This document shows, one piece after another, positions 26,309-41,757 of a stretch of 64,000 nucleotides of DNA (within the stretch, counting starts at the first letter, position 1; each line of letters starts with the position of its first letter). Source of the stretch: Chrysomallon squamiferum (Eukaryota > Animalia > Mollusca); contig CM022678.1 in NCBI GenBank assembly GCA_012295275.1, positions 15,004,001-15,068,000 on the forward strand. The letters run 5' to 3'. Below the pieces are notes generated by a model. That model saw nothing but the letters and a program-made list of their open reading frames with translations, had not been told where the DNA came from and did no database searches. The position numbers and the translations under genes were made by a program.

Positions 26309-26990
26309 AAAAAAAAAAAATAAATAAATAATATTAATAATAATAAAATTATTGTTGAAATTAATATTTATTCATTCATTTATTAATCCTAACCATTAGA
26401 AATATTTCTGAAAATTATCATTACAACATTGTCATTCGAGGTTACAATTATTATAAATAACAAGAAGTGATACAACAATTAAAATCAGTTGTAATAACCG
26501 TTACATGAACCTCATATATAATTTTTTTTAATACTTTTTGGTCATGGTTTGGAAAACAACTCTGGGTTGAAAACCCTGATACCAGACCAGATTTACCAGA
26601 GGTTTTCTAATTTTATTTTTGTTTTATTTTGCTTAATAATTATATTGTCTCTGAAAAATAGGAAACTTGCATAAAAATGTGAGACATTTGCAGTCAGCAA
26701 CAGCCCAATCATTGTATGAGAAGCAGGCCTAGGCTATAGTAGCCTCCCTTCCCACGTGGAAATTGGACGTTTTCACTGTTGAGAAAAATATCTGTTTCAC
26801 ATCTCTCCAAAAACTTGATAAGACATTACGTTAATTCTAACAACCTCACCTTCAGTGAGTCTGTTCAAATGACAGAAATGATAAAATAGACTGGTAACTA
26901 ACCAAAAAACTAAGAAAATAAATAAATAAATAAACAACTAAATAAATAAATAAATAAATAAATAATATAAACACTAAATAAATAAATAAA

Positions 26991-27061
<71 letters not shown>

Positions 27062-27664
27062 GAAATTAAACAGTATACAGCTAAATTGGTTTGAAATTAA
27101 TTGATTAATAAAAACATTTTTTTAAAGTATTCAGAAAGCAAAGTAAAGAATAGGAAAAACAAATTTAAAATTAAAAAGTTCTATGCCATCAGATCAAAAA
27201 ACAAAACAAAAATCAAAGAAAAAGGTATAAAAAGAAGAAAGAACGTAAATTAAAATAATAATATTTGAAAAATTTGAATACAAATAAATTTTTTAAAAAA
27301 CAAGTAAATCTTTTTAATCTTAAAAACAATAAAGAAATGATAAATTAAATCCTGAATTAAAACAAATCAAAAACTTTTTAAACACATTTTCAAAATGAAT
27401 ATATCCAAATTCTATATCGATCCATAATAAAGGTGTGTTTTCTTTAACAAACAAAATTTTAAAAACAAAAACTTTTTAATCTTTAAATATATCCTAATTC
27501 TATTTCCTTTTACATCACCATTATATGCTTATATTTGCTGCTTCCACCTATTAGTACCTGAAATGGAGATTCAACTGTTTTTGTTTTATGTTGTCTCCCT
27601 TAGACTTTATATTATCTACGTCTTGTATATATTTCATCTTGTATATCTCTTCACTCTGGTAAAT
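26263..27664 (-). CDS. Candidate downstream exon chain of the minus-strand TM gene (27558-27664, 11-nt micro-exon 26850-26860, 26263-26300)
   Basis: Phase-compatible GT-AG chain giving IYQSEEIYKMKYIQDVDNIKSKGDNIKQKQLNLHFR|LTE|ERRKRLRERTNI*. Open only in unit B; units C and D have +2 nt (TA) in the first exon. Confidence 0.35.
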
Positions 27665-28130
27665 CTGGTGTAAACATTATGTTTGTAGGACAGTTAGAAG
27701 TCTATTATTATTATTATTGTTATTATTATTATTAGATCAACTACGGCTACATATATCAATGTAAATACACTGAAGTATACTGAATAATTGTATATACTGA
27801 ACAATATGACAAATTACGAACTAAGCTTTGTCAGAGACAATTTCCCTTCAGAATGGGCACTTCAAAATCAAAATTTCTACAAAAGGCACTAAAATATTAA
27901 AAATGTTTTTAGTCACTTGCAACATTTTTTTACTCATTTGCTATTTTTTAAAAATCAAAGGAAAACAGAACCCTGGTGTTTAGATTAAAAGAAAGTAATT
28001 ATAAACAAATATATTCAACAAAAGTATTATCTAATATTAATATATAGTTCATTATACAATCAAATCTTAGCAGAAATCAATTACATGAATTTAAATATTA
28101 ATGTCATCTGTCAAAGTTCTTTAATCATGT

Positions 28131-28770
28131 CTAACAGTAAAACTTCTCCAGTTCCATTTCAGTATCCATTTTATTACTGTCCCGGTCTTCTCTCTTCATC
28201 ATCTAGAATAATAAAAGAATAAAATAACACTGATTTTCAATAAATAAATAAAGAAACAAACAAACAAAGAAATAATAAAAAAAATTAGATGTATCATGAC
28301 TAAAAGAAGAGTGTAAAAGAAGTCAAACATATAATATACAATCTAAAATTTTATGAAAAGAAAAAAATATATATATATTTTAATATACATTTCCTGTCAG
28401 TATGTGATTTTCCCTTATTATATTTGTTGTTATGTTTTTAAAATGTAAACTTACTTTATTCATGAAGTGTACGAATCTCCAAAAATGGAAACTGTAACAA
28501 CAAGCATCATCATCAATATGAAAAACTGATCTGGACAGCTTTCTACAATAAAAAAATAATAATTTCGTTTTAATTAAAAACACAACCTCACCTTATATCT
28601 GAAAGAAAAATGTTTGTATCATGAGTTTCACTCTTGTTATATAAATAAATGTTCTGATGTAAAAAAAAAACGTTATTCGTGTAAGCTTTTTATTTTCTAT
28701 TTATTTTTTAATTATTTACTTATTATTGTTTATTATTATTATTATTAGTAGTAGTAGTAGTAGTAGAAAC

Positions 28771-28809
<39 letters not shown>

Positions 28810-28914
28810 TTAGTTTAACAGATTCGCTGTTTGTTGTTATTACTACTGAAAGCTAATGAAAGCTATACCTGCATATTGTCGTACTATCGAAAAGAACAAA
28901 GACAAGCCCATCAT
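28131..28914 (-). pseudogene. Small TM protein copy B, frameshifted. Exons 28869-28914, 28455-28542 (88 nt), 28131-28202
   Basis: A 2-nt insertion relative to copy C (gaatCTccaaa vs gaatccaaa) gives ...VSIFGDSYTS*, a stop inside the TM exon. Confidence 0.55.
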
Positions 28915-29601
28915 CTGAAATAAACAAATAAACATCATCAAAACAAGTACTAAATAATTGAAGTATTAGCATTAGTAATGCAGTCGGTTTTTTAAAAACC
29001 TTAACGTGCATATACATACTTTTAAAATGCTTCTGAAATTAAAACTTATCCTGTGAAACTACAAAGTAAAAGAGAATAATAAAATAATTTAAAAAAAAAA
29101 TATTTTCAGTGAGAGCACAAATGGCAAACCCGCAGCTCTTTAAACTCAGAAAAACAGGAACGCAAGTGGAAAACTCTGACAAATTTCTCAATTTTTGATG
29201 CCAAAGTCTGCTTCCGGTCACAAATGCAAATGGCTTACTGTTTATAAATAAAAATAGAAATAAAAATAAAAATATAAATAAATAAATAAATAAATAAATG
29301 ATTCTGTAATATACTTTATTTATTTCATTGTTACATATTCGTATTAGGTAATGTGATTATTAAATCTAGTCATTCATTAAGTTACTTACTGTTAATAATC
29401 TTCGACAGATATCGTATTGTTAACACGACTGGTGTATGAATATTTCAAAGAACCTCCGCTCGATCCAGAGACCAGTCTACTGTGGTCGTGAAAAACAGCA
29501 CAAATATTTCTTTTCTGATTTCTTTTCTTTTTCCATTCACTTTAATGAAAATTATTTTTAATTGCAAAATAGCGTTATTAATATTATATTTGTTTTCTTT
29601 A

Positions 29602-29635
<34 letters not shown>

Positions 29636-31869
29636 TTTTTTTGTTTTGTTTTCTTTCTTTTTTGACGCCATTTGCAGGGTCATTATGGTGTGCGGATCAG
29701 AAGGAAAGAAACATTATACCAGGCAGTGTTCAGTGTCCTGTTTATATCCAGTGAATTTTACACTGCGGCTCTTTTCACTTTGAAAATGATAAAGTCCTTT
29801 ATCTGCTGCCAAATAATATTTTTTTAAACAATGTAGAAACATAACTAATATTATAAACAGATTTCTTTGAATTTTTTTCCATATGTTTCCTCTTTGAGTT
29901 TAATAATTTTGGTTAAGTGATAAGACCTGGTGGAAAATACAAATAAAGTTTTAATTTTAAATATAAAATCTGTGACAGTCGGATTCTTCCTAGTTTGTGT
30001 CTTTCTTTGTCACTTAGATGTTTGTTCGTGTTTTAGTAAGAGATTTATTCCTTGTTCTTGTCGTTGAATGTTCATTTTATTTTTTCTTCTTCTTTCTGGT
30101 TTATCTCTTTTGTTTTCCGTCTAAAACTCCAACAATTTTTGTTTTGTCCATACATTTATTCATTTTAGCGAAACAGAAACTGAAGAAGAAATTGGTAATA
30201 ATTCCATACTGCAACTGAAAAAATATCACGCATTAATTCACAAGTTAAGCATTATCTTTTTTTCCCTTACAAACCAGATTTGAGAAACACTATCTAAAAT
30301 ACTAGCACAATATTATAAAATAAAACATTTTCGAATTTGTTTCTTCAAATCACAATAAAACAGTCTGAACTGCCGTGTTCAGAAAGGCTAATAATCACGT
30401 TATATATATATATAGATAGATCCTTTTTCATAGGGTGGACAAAGCATGACGACTCCTGAGATCGTTTCCCCAACTACACACATAAACATTGCCAGTGGTT
30501 TTCTATTATGTATGACATGACATACAACATACCGCTAGCCTTGTTTGTACATGCTCGAGATACAAATAACAAAATAAAACGCACAAACATGGACGACACG
30601 GTGGTATTAAATAAACTGTGATTAAAACCTGATACTGTCATAGTGGCATAATTAGTATATTCAATTATAATTAAACACTCCAAAATAAATAAATAAAAAT
30701 AAATAAATTAATAAATTAACAATCAAAGCGAGGGCGAACAGGGTACAACAAAAACTCTGTTACTTCCTCACTATAAATAAAAATAGATTTTATCCAACTT
30801 TTCGTGATTTACATCGATGGCTGATGAATGTTCAGAAGTTAATGTCATAGTTATAAAAACTACAAGGACTGCAACAATGTAATCAGTATAGTGATACTCT
30901 GAAACACAATATAAATACATAAATAAATAAATAAATAAATAAAAGCAAGTAAATACATTATTACAAATAAACTCAGTTTTATAATAACATCTCAGTTGTA
31001 GTGTAGTTGTTAACAGTTACGAGATACTTTTTTTTAATTCTTTGTGATCTTTGAGAGAAAGAATAGAATATTAGTGTTATGAAAACGATCTGAAAATTTC
31101 AAAGGATTCTGTTGATATCGGTTGAGATATGTGTAAATGAGAAGACATTTTAGAGAGGAAGGTGGCAGTTGACCAATCATTACTGTTTACTAAACAAGTA
31201 GACACTTGTGAGACATAAACGTAAACACGGCTTCTGGGCAAGCGTAATGCGTCTCTGTTTACATTTTCGCCGACATCTGCCTTAAAAACACTTGTTGAAA
31301 ATTAAAAATATAAAAGCTATTTTACTGTCTAACTATTTTTTGTTTTTTAAAAATAAATTCTGGTTTCTTATTATTTGAGCCGTATTGTTTGCCCTGCTAA
31401 ACGTAAAATAAGTTGAATGTCAAAGGGTCAGTACTACAAAACATGCAGCCCTGACAATGTGACTTGTTAATAGAGAGGTTTAGCATACACGTAATCTGTT
31501 CACGTATCCCAGTACGTACGGATATGAAGTGTTAGCGTGTGAGGTGTCGGCTCGGGCAGATCGCTTTACTGTCACGTGTGTCCGACTGGCTACTCATCCG
31601 TCCCACAGACTTATACTTTATCCTTATACAGGATTTGCATGTGAATTTATTTATACGTTAGGTCTATGGCTGTTTTATTATTATTGCTATATATTCATGA
31701 ACTTCTCCGCTTGAACTTCTAGGCCTTTGGTTATGCATGCATGCAGGAATGATAATTTTCAGGATGTTGCCTGATTTCTGGTTGTATTAAGGGCTATTTT
31801 CCTGTTTCTGACCCTGGTTTTCAGGTTCAATGAATGAATTTCAGGTTTCGAAACAAGATGAAACAAGAT

Positions 31870-32320
31870 GATCCCAATAGCCAAGTTGAAAACGAAACAC
31901 ATCAATTAGATTAATGCTTAATAATGATAATAATTACTGTGATTTTAGTTATATTTCAGAATGAACAGAATTATGCTTTGTTTGACCTCTTTGAAGAAAG
32001 TAAACCTGGTATTTAAAATGATGATGATTCAATATTATATAATGAAAATACCATTACATATTATATGTATATTTAAAAATAAGATTTATTTTTATTTTGT
32101 TTATTTTTAGTTACAAAGTCTCTCACTGAGAAAGGTTTGGATGTGATTTTTTTGTGCAGCCAATAACTAGACGTGTGTCACATGCAGAAAGCCAACAAAA
32201 CAAATCTGTTGACTTGACTCATACACATAATTCTGTTATTTATTGTTTTTGTATTTTTGTATGTGTCATCTGTTGTTATATATTAGTTCTCTCTCTCAGT
32301 CGTTTTCTCCTTTCTGAATG
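31870..32320 (+). pseudogene. 5'-truncated copy of the tail-anchored gene (unit C)
   Basis: Promoter and most of exon 1 are missing, and TTA>TGA creates a nonsense codon at ~32127. Confidence 0.45.
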
Positions 32321-32934
32321 AAAAAAAAATATAAATAAATAATATTAATAATAATAAAATTATTGTTGAAATTAATATTTATTCATTCATTTATTAATCC
32401 TAACCATTAGAAATATTTCTCAAAATTATCATCACAACATTGTCATTCGAGGTTACAATTATTATAAATAACAAGAAGTGATACAACAATTGAAATCAGT
32501 TGTAATAACCGTTACATGAACCTCAAATATAATTTTTTTTAATACTTTTTGGTCATGGTTTGGAAAACAACTCTGGGTTGAAAACCCTGATACCAGACCA
32601 GATTTACCAGAGGTTTTCTAATTTTATTTTTGTTTTATTTTGCTTAATAATTATATTGTCTCTGAAAAATAGGAAACTTGCATAAAAATGTGAGACATTT
32701 GTAGTCAGAAACAGCCCAATCATTGTATGAGAAGCAGGCCTAGGCTATAGTAGCCTCCCTTCCCACGTGTAAATTGGACGTTTTCACTGTTGAGAAAAAT
32801 ATCTGTTTCACATCTCTCCAAAAACTTGATAAGACATTACGTTAATTCTAACAACCACACCTTCAGTGAGTCTGTTCAAATGACAGACTGGTGAGTGATA
32901 AAATAGAAAGAAAGTAACTAACTAACCACACAAC

Positions 32935-33055
<121 letters not shown>

Positions 33056-34157
33056 GAAATTAAACAGTATACAACTAAATTGGTTTGAAATTAATTGATT
33101 AATAAAACATTTTTTAAAAAGTATTCAGAAAGCAAAGTAAAGAATAGGAAAAACAAATTTAAAATTAAAAAATTCTATGCCATCAGATCAAAAAAACAAA
33201 AGAAAAATCAAAGAAAAAGGTATAAAAAGAAGAAAGAACGTAAATTAAAATAATACATTATATTTGAAATAATTTGAATTAGCTATTAATAGTATTGTTA
33301 ATAAATAAATAAGTAAATAAATAAATAAAGATGTGCAATGTAAAAAACAATGAGAAAGAAATGATAAATTAAATACTGAATTAAAACAAATTAAAAACTT
33401 AATAAACACATTTTTCAAAATGAAGAAATACACAATATTCTATACGATCCATAATAAAGGTGTGTTTTCTTTAACAAACAAAATTTTAAAAAACAAGAAT
33501 CTTTTTAATCTTTAAATATATCCTAACTCTATCTACTTTTACATCACCATTATATGCTTATATTTGCTGCTTCCACCTATTAGTACCTGAAATGGAGATT
33601 CAACTGTTTTTGTTTTATGTTGTCTCCCTTAGACTTTATATATTATCTACGTCTTACATGTATTTCATCTTGTATATCTCTTCACTCTGGTAAATCTGGT
33701 GTAAAAATTATGTTTGTTGGACAGTTAGAAGTCTATTATTATTATTATTATTATTATTATTAGATCAACTATGGCTACACATAGCAATGTAAATACACTG
33801 AAGTATACTGAATAATTGCATATACTGAACAATATGACAAATTATGAACTAAGCTTTGTCAGAGACAATTTCCATTCAGAATGGACACTTCAAAATCAAA
33901 ATTTCTACAAAAGGCACTAAAATATTAAAAATGTTTTTAGTCACTTGCAACATTTTTTACTCATTTGCTATTTTTTTAAAATCAAAGGAAAACAGAACCC
34001 TGGTGTTTAGATTAAAAGAAAGTAATTATAAACAAATATATTCAACAAAAGTATTATCTAATATTAATATATAGTTCATTATACAATCAAATCTTAGCAG
34101 AAATCAATTACATGAATTTAAATATTAATGTCATCTGTCAAAGTTCTTTAATCATGT

Positions 34158-34795
34158 CTAACAGTAAAACTTCTCCAGTTCCATTTCAGTATCCATTTTA
34201 TTACTGTCCTGGTCTTCTCTCTTCATCATCTAGAATAATAAAAGAATAAAATAACACTGATTTTCAATAAATAAATAAAGAAACAAACAAACAAAGAAAT
34301 AATAAAAAAAATTAGATGTATCATGACTAAAAGAAGAGTGTAAAAGAAGTCAAACATATAATATACAATCTAAAATTTTATGAAAAGAAAAAAATATATA
34401 TATATTTTAATATACATTTCCTGTCAGTATGTGATTTTCCCTTATTATATTTGTTGTTATGTTTTTAAAATGTAAACTTACTTTATTCATGAAGTGTACG
34501 AATCCAAAAATGGAAACTGTAACAACAAGCATCATCATCAATATGAAAAACTGATCTGGACAGCTTTCTACAATAAAAAAATAATAATTTCGTTTTAATT
34601 AAAAACACAACCTCACCTTATATCTGAAAGAAAAATGTTTGTATCATGAGTTTCACTCTTGTTATATAAATAAATGTTCTGATGTAAAAAAAAAACGTTA
34701 TTCGTGTAAGCTTTTTATTTTCTATTTATTTTTTAATTATTTACTTATTATTGTTTATTATTATTATTATTATTATTAGTAGTAGTAGTAGAAAC

Positions 34796-34834
<39 letters not shown>

Positions 34835-34939
34835 TTAGTTTAACAGATTCGCTGTTTGTTGTTATTACTACTGAAAGCTAATGAAAGCTATACCTGCATA
34901 TTGTCGTACTATCGAAAAGAACAAAGACAAGCCCATCAT
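34158..34939 (-). CDS. Small single-pass membrane protein copy C, 67 aa. Exons 34894-34939, 34482-34567, 34158-34229
   Basis: Spliced MMGLSLFFSIVRQYA|ESCPDQFFILMMMLVVTVSIFGFVHFMNK|MMKREDQDSNKMDTEMELEKFYC*, with canonical GT-AG sites and phases 1 and 0. Confidence 0.55.
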
Positions 34940-36936
34940 CTGAAATAAACAAATAAACATCATCAAAACAAGTACTAAATAATTGAAGTATTAGCATTAG
35001 TAATGCAGTCGGTTTTTTAAAAACCTTAAAGTGCATATACATACTTTTAAAATGCTTCTGAAATTAAAACTTATCCTGTGAAACTACAAAGTAAAAGAGA
35101 ATAATAAAATAATTTAAAAAAAAAATATTTTCAGTGAGAGCACAAATGGCAAACCCGCAGCTCTTTAAACTCAGAAAAACAGGAACGCAAGTGGAAAACT
35201 CTGACAAATTTCTCAATTTTTGATGCCAGAGTCTGCTTCGGGTCACAAATGCAAATGGCTTACTGTTTATAAATAAAAATAAAAATAAAAATATAAATAA
35301 ATAAATAAATAAATAAATGATTCTGTAATATACTTTATTTATTTCATTGTTACATATTCGTATTAGGTAATGTGATTATTAAATCTAGTCATTCATTAAG
35401 TTACTTACTGTTAATAATCTTCGACAGATATCGTATTGTTAACGACTGGTGTTTCAAAGAACCTCCGCTCGATCCAGAGACCAGTCTATTGTGGTCGTGA
35501 AAAACAGCACAATTATTTCTTTTCTGATTTCTTTTCTTTTTCCATTCACTTTAATGAAAATTATTTTTAATTGCAAAATAGCGTTATTAATATTATATTT
35601 GTTTTCTTTTCCTTTTTCTTTTTTGTTTTTCTTTTTTACCTTTTTTTGTTTTGTTTTCTTTCTTTTTTGACGCCATTAGCAGGGTCATTATGGTGTGCGG
35701 ATCAGAAGGAAAGAAACATTATACCAGGCAGTGTTCAATGTCCTGTTTATATCCAGTGAATTTTACACTGCGGCTCTTTTCACTTTGAAAATGATAAAGT
35801 CCTTTATCTGCTGCCAAATAATATTTTTTAAAACAATGTAGAAACATAACTAATATTATAAACAGATTTCTGTGAAATTTTTTCCATTTGTTTCCTCTTT
35901 GAGTTTAATAATTTTGGTTAACTGATAAGAACTGGTGGAAAATACAAATAAAGTTTTAATTTTAAATATAAAATCTGTGACAGTCGGATTCTTCGTAGTT
36001 TGCGTCTTTCTTTGTCTCTTAGATGTTTGTTCGTGTTTTAGTAAGAGATTTATTCTTTGTTGTTGTTGTTGAATTTTCATTTTCTTTTTTCTTCTTCTTT
36101 CTGTTATATTTCTTCTGTTTTCCGTCTAAAACTCAAACAATTTTTATTTTTTTTTGGTCCTTACAGTTATTCATTTTTGCGAAATAGAAACTACATACTG
36201 CAACTGAACAAATATCACGCACTAGTTCACAAGTTAAGCACTATGTTTTTTTCCCCTTACAAAACTGATTTGAGAAACACTATCTAAAATACTAGCACAA
36301 TATTATAAAATAAAACATTTTCAAATTTGTTTCTTCAAATCACAATAAAATAGTCTGAACTGCCGTGTTCAGGAAGGCTAATAATCACGTTATATATATA
36401 TATATATAGATAGATCCTTTTTCATAGGGTGGATCCAGCTTTTCTGATGATGGGGGGGTCCATGACAAAAATACCACCAGAACATTATGAAAAGAGACTA
36501 TTGAAAAATTACCCACGGTTCACATGGACCGTAATTTAATATGGACTGCAGACAGACGTAATCTACAGTGTTCTATAAACTGACAGAAATTTAATAAAAC
36601 TAAATAAATTTGTAAAAACCTTAAAAATGCTAAATAAACGGGACGCTTTTCTAAATCCGTCCCAGGTTTCTTGTTCAGTTTTATTTATTGTATAATCAGA
36701 CAAAGAATGACGACTACTGAGGTCGTTTCCCGTAACTACAAGTAAACATTGCCAGTGGTTTGACATGTCATACAACATACCGCTAGCCTTGTTTGTACAT
36801 GCTCTATATAGTGGCGGGATACAAATAACAAAATAAAACGCACAAACATTTACGACACGGTTTTATTAAATAAACTGAGATTAAAACCTGACACTGCCAT
36901 AGTGGCATAATTCAATTATAATTAAACACTCAAAAA

Positions 36937-36979
<43 letters not shown>

Positions 36980-38159
36980 AAATAAATAAATTAATAAATT
37001 AACAATCAAAGCGAGGGCGAACAGGGTACAACAAAAACTCTGTTACTTCCTCACTATAAATAAAAATAAATTGTATCTAACTTTTCGTGATTTACATCGA
37101 TGGCTGATGAATGTTCAGAAGTTAATGTCATAGTTATAAAAACTACAAGGACTGCAACAATGGAATCAGTATAGTGATACTCTGAAACACAATATAAATA
37201 CATAAATAAATAAATAAATAAATAAATAAAAGCAAGTAAATACATTATTACAAATAAACTCAGTTTTATAATAACATCTCAGTTGTGTGTAGTTGTTAAC
37301 AGTTACGAGATACTTTTTTTAATTCTTTGTGATCTTTGAGAGAAAGAATAGAATATTAGTGTTATGAAAACGATCTGAAAATTTCAAAGGATTCTGTTGA
37401 TATCGGTTGAGATATGTGTAAATGAGAAGACATTTTAGAGAGGAAGTTGGCAGTTGACCAATCATTACTGTTTACTAAACAAGTAGACACTTGTGAGACA
37501 TAAACGTAAACACGGCTTCTGGGCAAGCGTAATGCGTCTCTGTTTACATTTTCGCCGACATCTGCCTTAAAAACACTTGTTGAAAATTAAAAATATAAAA
37601 GCTATTTTACTGTCTAACTATTTTTTGTTTTTTAAAAATAAATTCTGGTTTCTTATTATTTGAGCCGTATTGTTTGCCCTGCTAAACGTAAAATAAGGTG
37701 AATGTCAAAGGATCGGTACTACAAAACATGCAGCCCTGACAATGTGACTTGTTAATAGAGAGGTTTAGCATACACGTAATCTGTTCACGTATCCCAGTAC
37801 GTACGGATATGAAGTGTTAGCGTGTGGTGTGTCGGCTCGGGCAGATCACTTTACTGTCACGTGTGTCCGACTGGCTACTCATCCGTCTCGTAGGCCTATA
37901 CTTTATCTTTATAGAGGAATGATTTGCATGTGAATTTATTTATACGTTAGGCCTGTAGCTGTTTTATTATTATTATTGCTATATATTCGTGAACTTCTCC
38001 GCTTGAACTTCTAGGCCTTTGGTTATGCATGCATGCAGGAATGATAATTTTCAGGATGTTGCCTGATTTCTGGTTGTATCGAGGGCTATTTTCCTGTTTC
38101 TGACCCTGGTTTTCAGGTTCAACGAATGAATTTCAGGTTTCGAAACAAGATGAAACAAG

Positions 38160-38605
38160 ATGATCCCAATAGCCAAGTTGAAAACGAAACACATCAATTA
38201 GATTAATGCTTAATAATGATAATAATTACTGTGATTTTAGTTATATTTCAGAATGAACAGAATTATGCTTTGTTTGACCTCTTTGAAGAAAGTAAACCGG
38301 GTATTTAAAATGATGATATTTTATAATGAAAATACCATTACATATTATATGTATATTTAAAAATAAGATTTATTTTTATTTTGTTTAGTTTTAGTTACAA
38401 AGTCTCTCACTTAGAAAGGTTTGGATGTGATTGTTTTGTGCAGCCAATAACTAGACGTGTGTCACATGTAGAAAGCCAACAAAACAAATCTGTTGACTTG
38501 ACTCAAACACGTAATTCTGTTACTTATTGTTTTTGTATTTTTGTATGTGTCATCTGTTGTTATATATTAATTCTCTCTCTCAGTCGTTTTCTCCTTTCTG
38601 AATGA
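38160..38605 (+). pseudogene. 5'-truncated copy of the tail-anchored gene (unit D)
   Basis: Same deletion junction as unit C; exons 2-3 remain open (ORF 38381-38605). Confidence 0.45.
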
Positions 38606-39228
38606 AAAAATATATAAATAAATAATATTAATAATAATAATAATAATAAAATTATTGTTGAAATTAATATTTATTCATTTATTTATTAATCCTGATCATT
38701 AGAAATATTTCTGAAAATTATCATTACAACATTGTCATTCGAGGTTACAGTTATTATAAATAACAAGAAGTGATACAACAATTAAAATCAGTTGTAATAA
38801 CCGTTACATGAACCTCATATATAATTTTTTTTTTTATACTTTTTGGTCAGGTTTTGCAAAACAACTCTGGGTTGAAAACCCTGATACCAGACCAGATTTA
38901 CCAGAGGTTTTCTCGTTTTATTTTTGTTTTATTTTGCTTAATAATTATATTGTCTCTGAAAAATAGAAAGCCTGCATAAAAATGTGAGACATTTGCAGTC
39001 AGCAACAGCCCAATCATTGTATGAGAAGCAGGCCTAGGCTATAGTAGCCTCCCTTCCCACGTGGAAATTGGACGTTTTCACTGTTGAGAAAAATATCTGT
39101 TTCACATCTCTCCAAAAACTTGATAAGACATTACGTTAATTCTAACAACCTCACCTTCAGTGAGTCTGTTCAAATGACAGACTGGTGACTGATAAAATAG
39201 AAAGAAAGTAACTAACTAACCACACAAC

Positions 39229-39320
<92 letters not shown>

Positions 39321-40283
39321 GAAATTAAACAGTATACAACTAAATTGGTTTGAAATTAATTGATTAATAAACCATTTTTTTTAAAGTATTCAGAAAACAA
39401 AGTAAAGAATAGTAAAAAGAAATTTAAAATAAAAAAATTCTATGCCATCAGAACAAAAAACAAAACAAAAATCAAAGAAAAAGGTATAAAAAGAAAAAAG
39501 AACGTGAATTAAAATAATACATTATATTTGAAATAATTTTAATTAGCTATTAATAGTATTGTTAACTAACTAACTAACTAAATACTACTACTACTACTAC
39601 TAATAATAATAATAAATGAAATCAAACAGTATACAACTAAATTGGTTTGAAATTAATTGATTAATACAAATTTTAAAAATAAATATTCAGAAAATAAAGT
39701 AAAGAATTAGAAATGAAACTGTTTAAAAATTAAAAAAATTAGATACCATCACGTTAAAAAACAATTCAAAATTCACAGAAAAAAGACGTAAAATAAAAGA
39801 ATACATTATATTTGAAATAATTTGAATTAGCTATTAATAGTATTGTTAATAAATAAATTAATAAAGATGTGCAATGTAAAAACAATGAGAAAGAAATGAT
39901 AAATTAAATACTGAATTAAAACAAATTAAAAACTTAATAAACGCATTTTTCAAAATAAAGAAATACACAGTATTCTATACGATCCTTAAAAATGATATGC
40001 ATAATAAAGGTGTGTTTTCTTTAACAAACAAAATTTAAAAAAAACAAGAATCTTTTTAATCTTTAAATATATCCTAACTCTATCTAATTTTACATCACCA
40101 TTATGTGCTTATATTTGCTGCTTCCACCTATTAGTACCTGAAATGGAGATTCAACTTTTTTGTTTTATGTTGTCTCCCTTAGACTTTATATATTATCTAC
40201 GTCTTTTATATATTTCATCTTGTATATCTCTTCACTCTGGTAAATCTGGTGTAAAAATTATGTTTGTAGGACAGTTAGAAGTC

Positions 40284-40328
<45 letters not shown>

Positions 40329-40962
40329 CATCATTATTTGATCAACTATGGCTACACATAGCAATGTAAGTACATTGAAGTATACTGAATAATTGCATAT
40401 ACAGAACAATATGACAAATTATGAAATAAGCTTTGTCAGAGTCAGTTTCCCTTCAGAATAGGCACTTCAAAATCGAAATTTTTAAAAACGGCTCTAAAAT
40501 ATTAAAACTATTTTTAGTCACTATAATATTTTTACCCATTGGCTATTTTTAGAGAAATCTATATATAGGAACTGATGCCAGGGCGGTGTTCAGATCAAAG
40601 TACTTTAATAACAGATGACCACTGACATAGAGATTTAAAACACTGAAACACTGGCGCCTACAAGTAGAATAATCTGACCAGGTTAATAAAACTGTATATG
40701 ATTAAAACGAAGCATAATTAAAATTCTACAGTTGTCAAATCAGAACAAATCAAAACAAAACAAAACTGTGGTATTTAGATTAAAAGAAAATAATTATACA
40801 CAAATATATTCAACAAAAATTTGATCTAAATCTGTATTAATATATAGTTCATTATACAATCAAATCTGAGCAGAAATCAATTACATGAATTTAAATGTTA
40901 AAGTCATCTGTCAAAGTTCTTTAATCATCTCTTCCTGGCGGAATCATCCAAGTGTAAAACTG

Positions 40963-41551
40963 CTACAGTTCCATTTCCGAATCCATATTATTACTGTCCT
41001 GGTCTTCTCTCTTCATCATCTACAATAGCAAAGGAATAAAATAACACTGATTTTTAATAAATAAATAATTAAAAGAAAACAAACAAACAAACAAATAAAT
41101 AAATAAAAATAAATAATAGGCGTTTATCATCACTCTTAAAAGAAGAATGTAAACAAAAATATAATACGCAATTTAAAATTATATGAAAAGAAAGTATATA
41201 TATTAATATATATTTCCGGTCAGTATATCATTTTCCCTTAATATATCTCTTGTTATGTTTTTAAAATGTAAACTTACTTTATTCATGAAGTGTACGAATC
41301 CAAAAATGGAAACTGCTGCAATGAGCATCATCATCAGTATGAAAAGGTGATCTGGACAGCTTTCTACAATAAAAAATTAATAATTTCGTTTTAATTTAAA
41401 ACACAACCTCACCTTATATCTGAAAGAAAAATGTTTGTATCATGAGTTTTACTCTTGTTATATAAATAAATGTTCTGAGAGTAAAAATGAACGTTATTCG
41501 TGTTAAGAAAGTCTAGGTTTTTATTTTATTTTTAATTTTTTAATTATTTAC

Positions 41552-41589
<38 letters not shown>

Positions 41590-41757
41590 GTTGTTGTTAT
41601 TGTTATTGTTATTGTTAGTAGTAGTAGTAGTAGTAGTAGTAGTAATAATAGTATTTTAATTTAACAGTTTCACTGTTTGTTATTATTACAACTGAAAGCT
41701 AAAGAAAACTGTACCTGCATATTGTCGTAGTATTGAAAATAGCAAAGATATGTCCAT
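40963..41757 (-). CDS. Small single-pass membrane protein copy D, 61 aa. Exons 41715-41757, 41278-41363, 40963-41019
   Basis: Spliced MDISLLFSILRQYA|ESCPDHLFILMMMLIAAVSIFGFVHFMNK|MMKREDQDSNNMDSEMEL*. Retains an upstream donor (gtaagt, ~42387) and the NRF1/CCAAT cassette (~42459-42490). Confidence 0.6.

Noticed and set aside
26680-26800. Conserved block with hairpin aggctatagtagcct as a snoRNA or other ncRNA
   Set aside because: No convincing C/D or H/ACA box arrangement, and recent duplication explains the conservation.
40963-41757. Calling the TM microprotein SMIM15
   Set aside because: Only a loose pattern resemblance; no gene symbol without a profile search.
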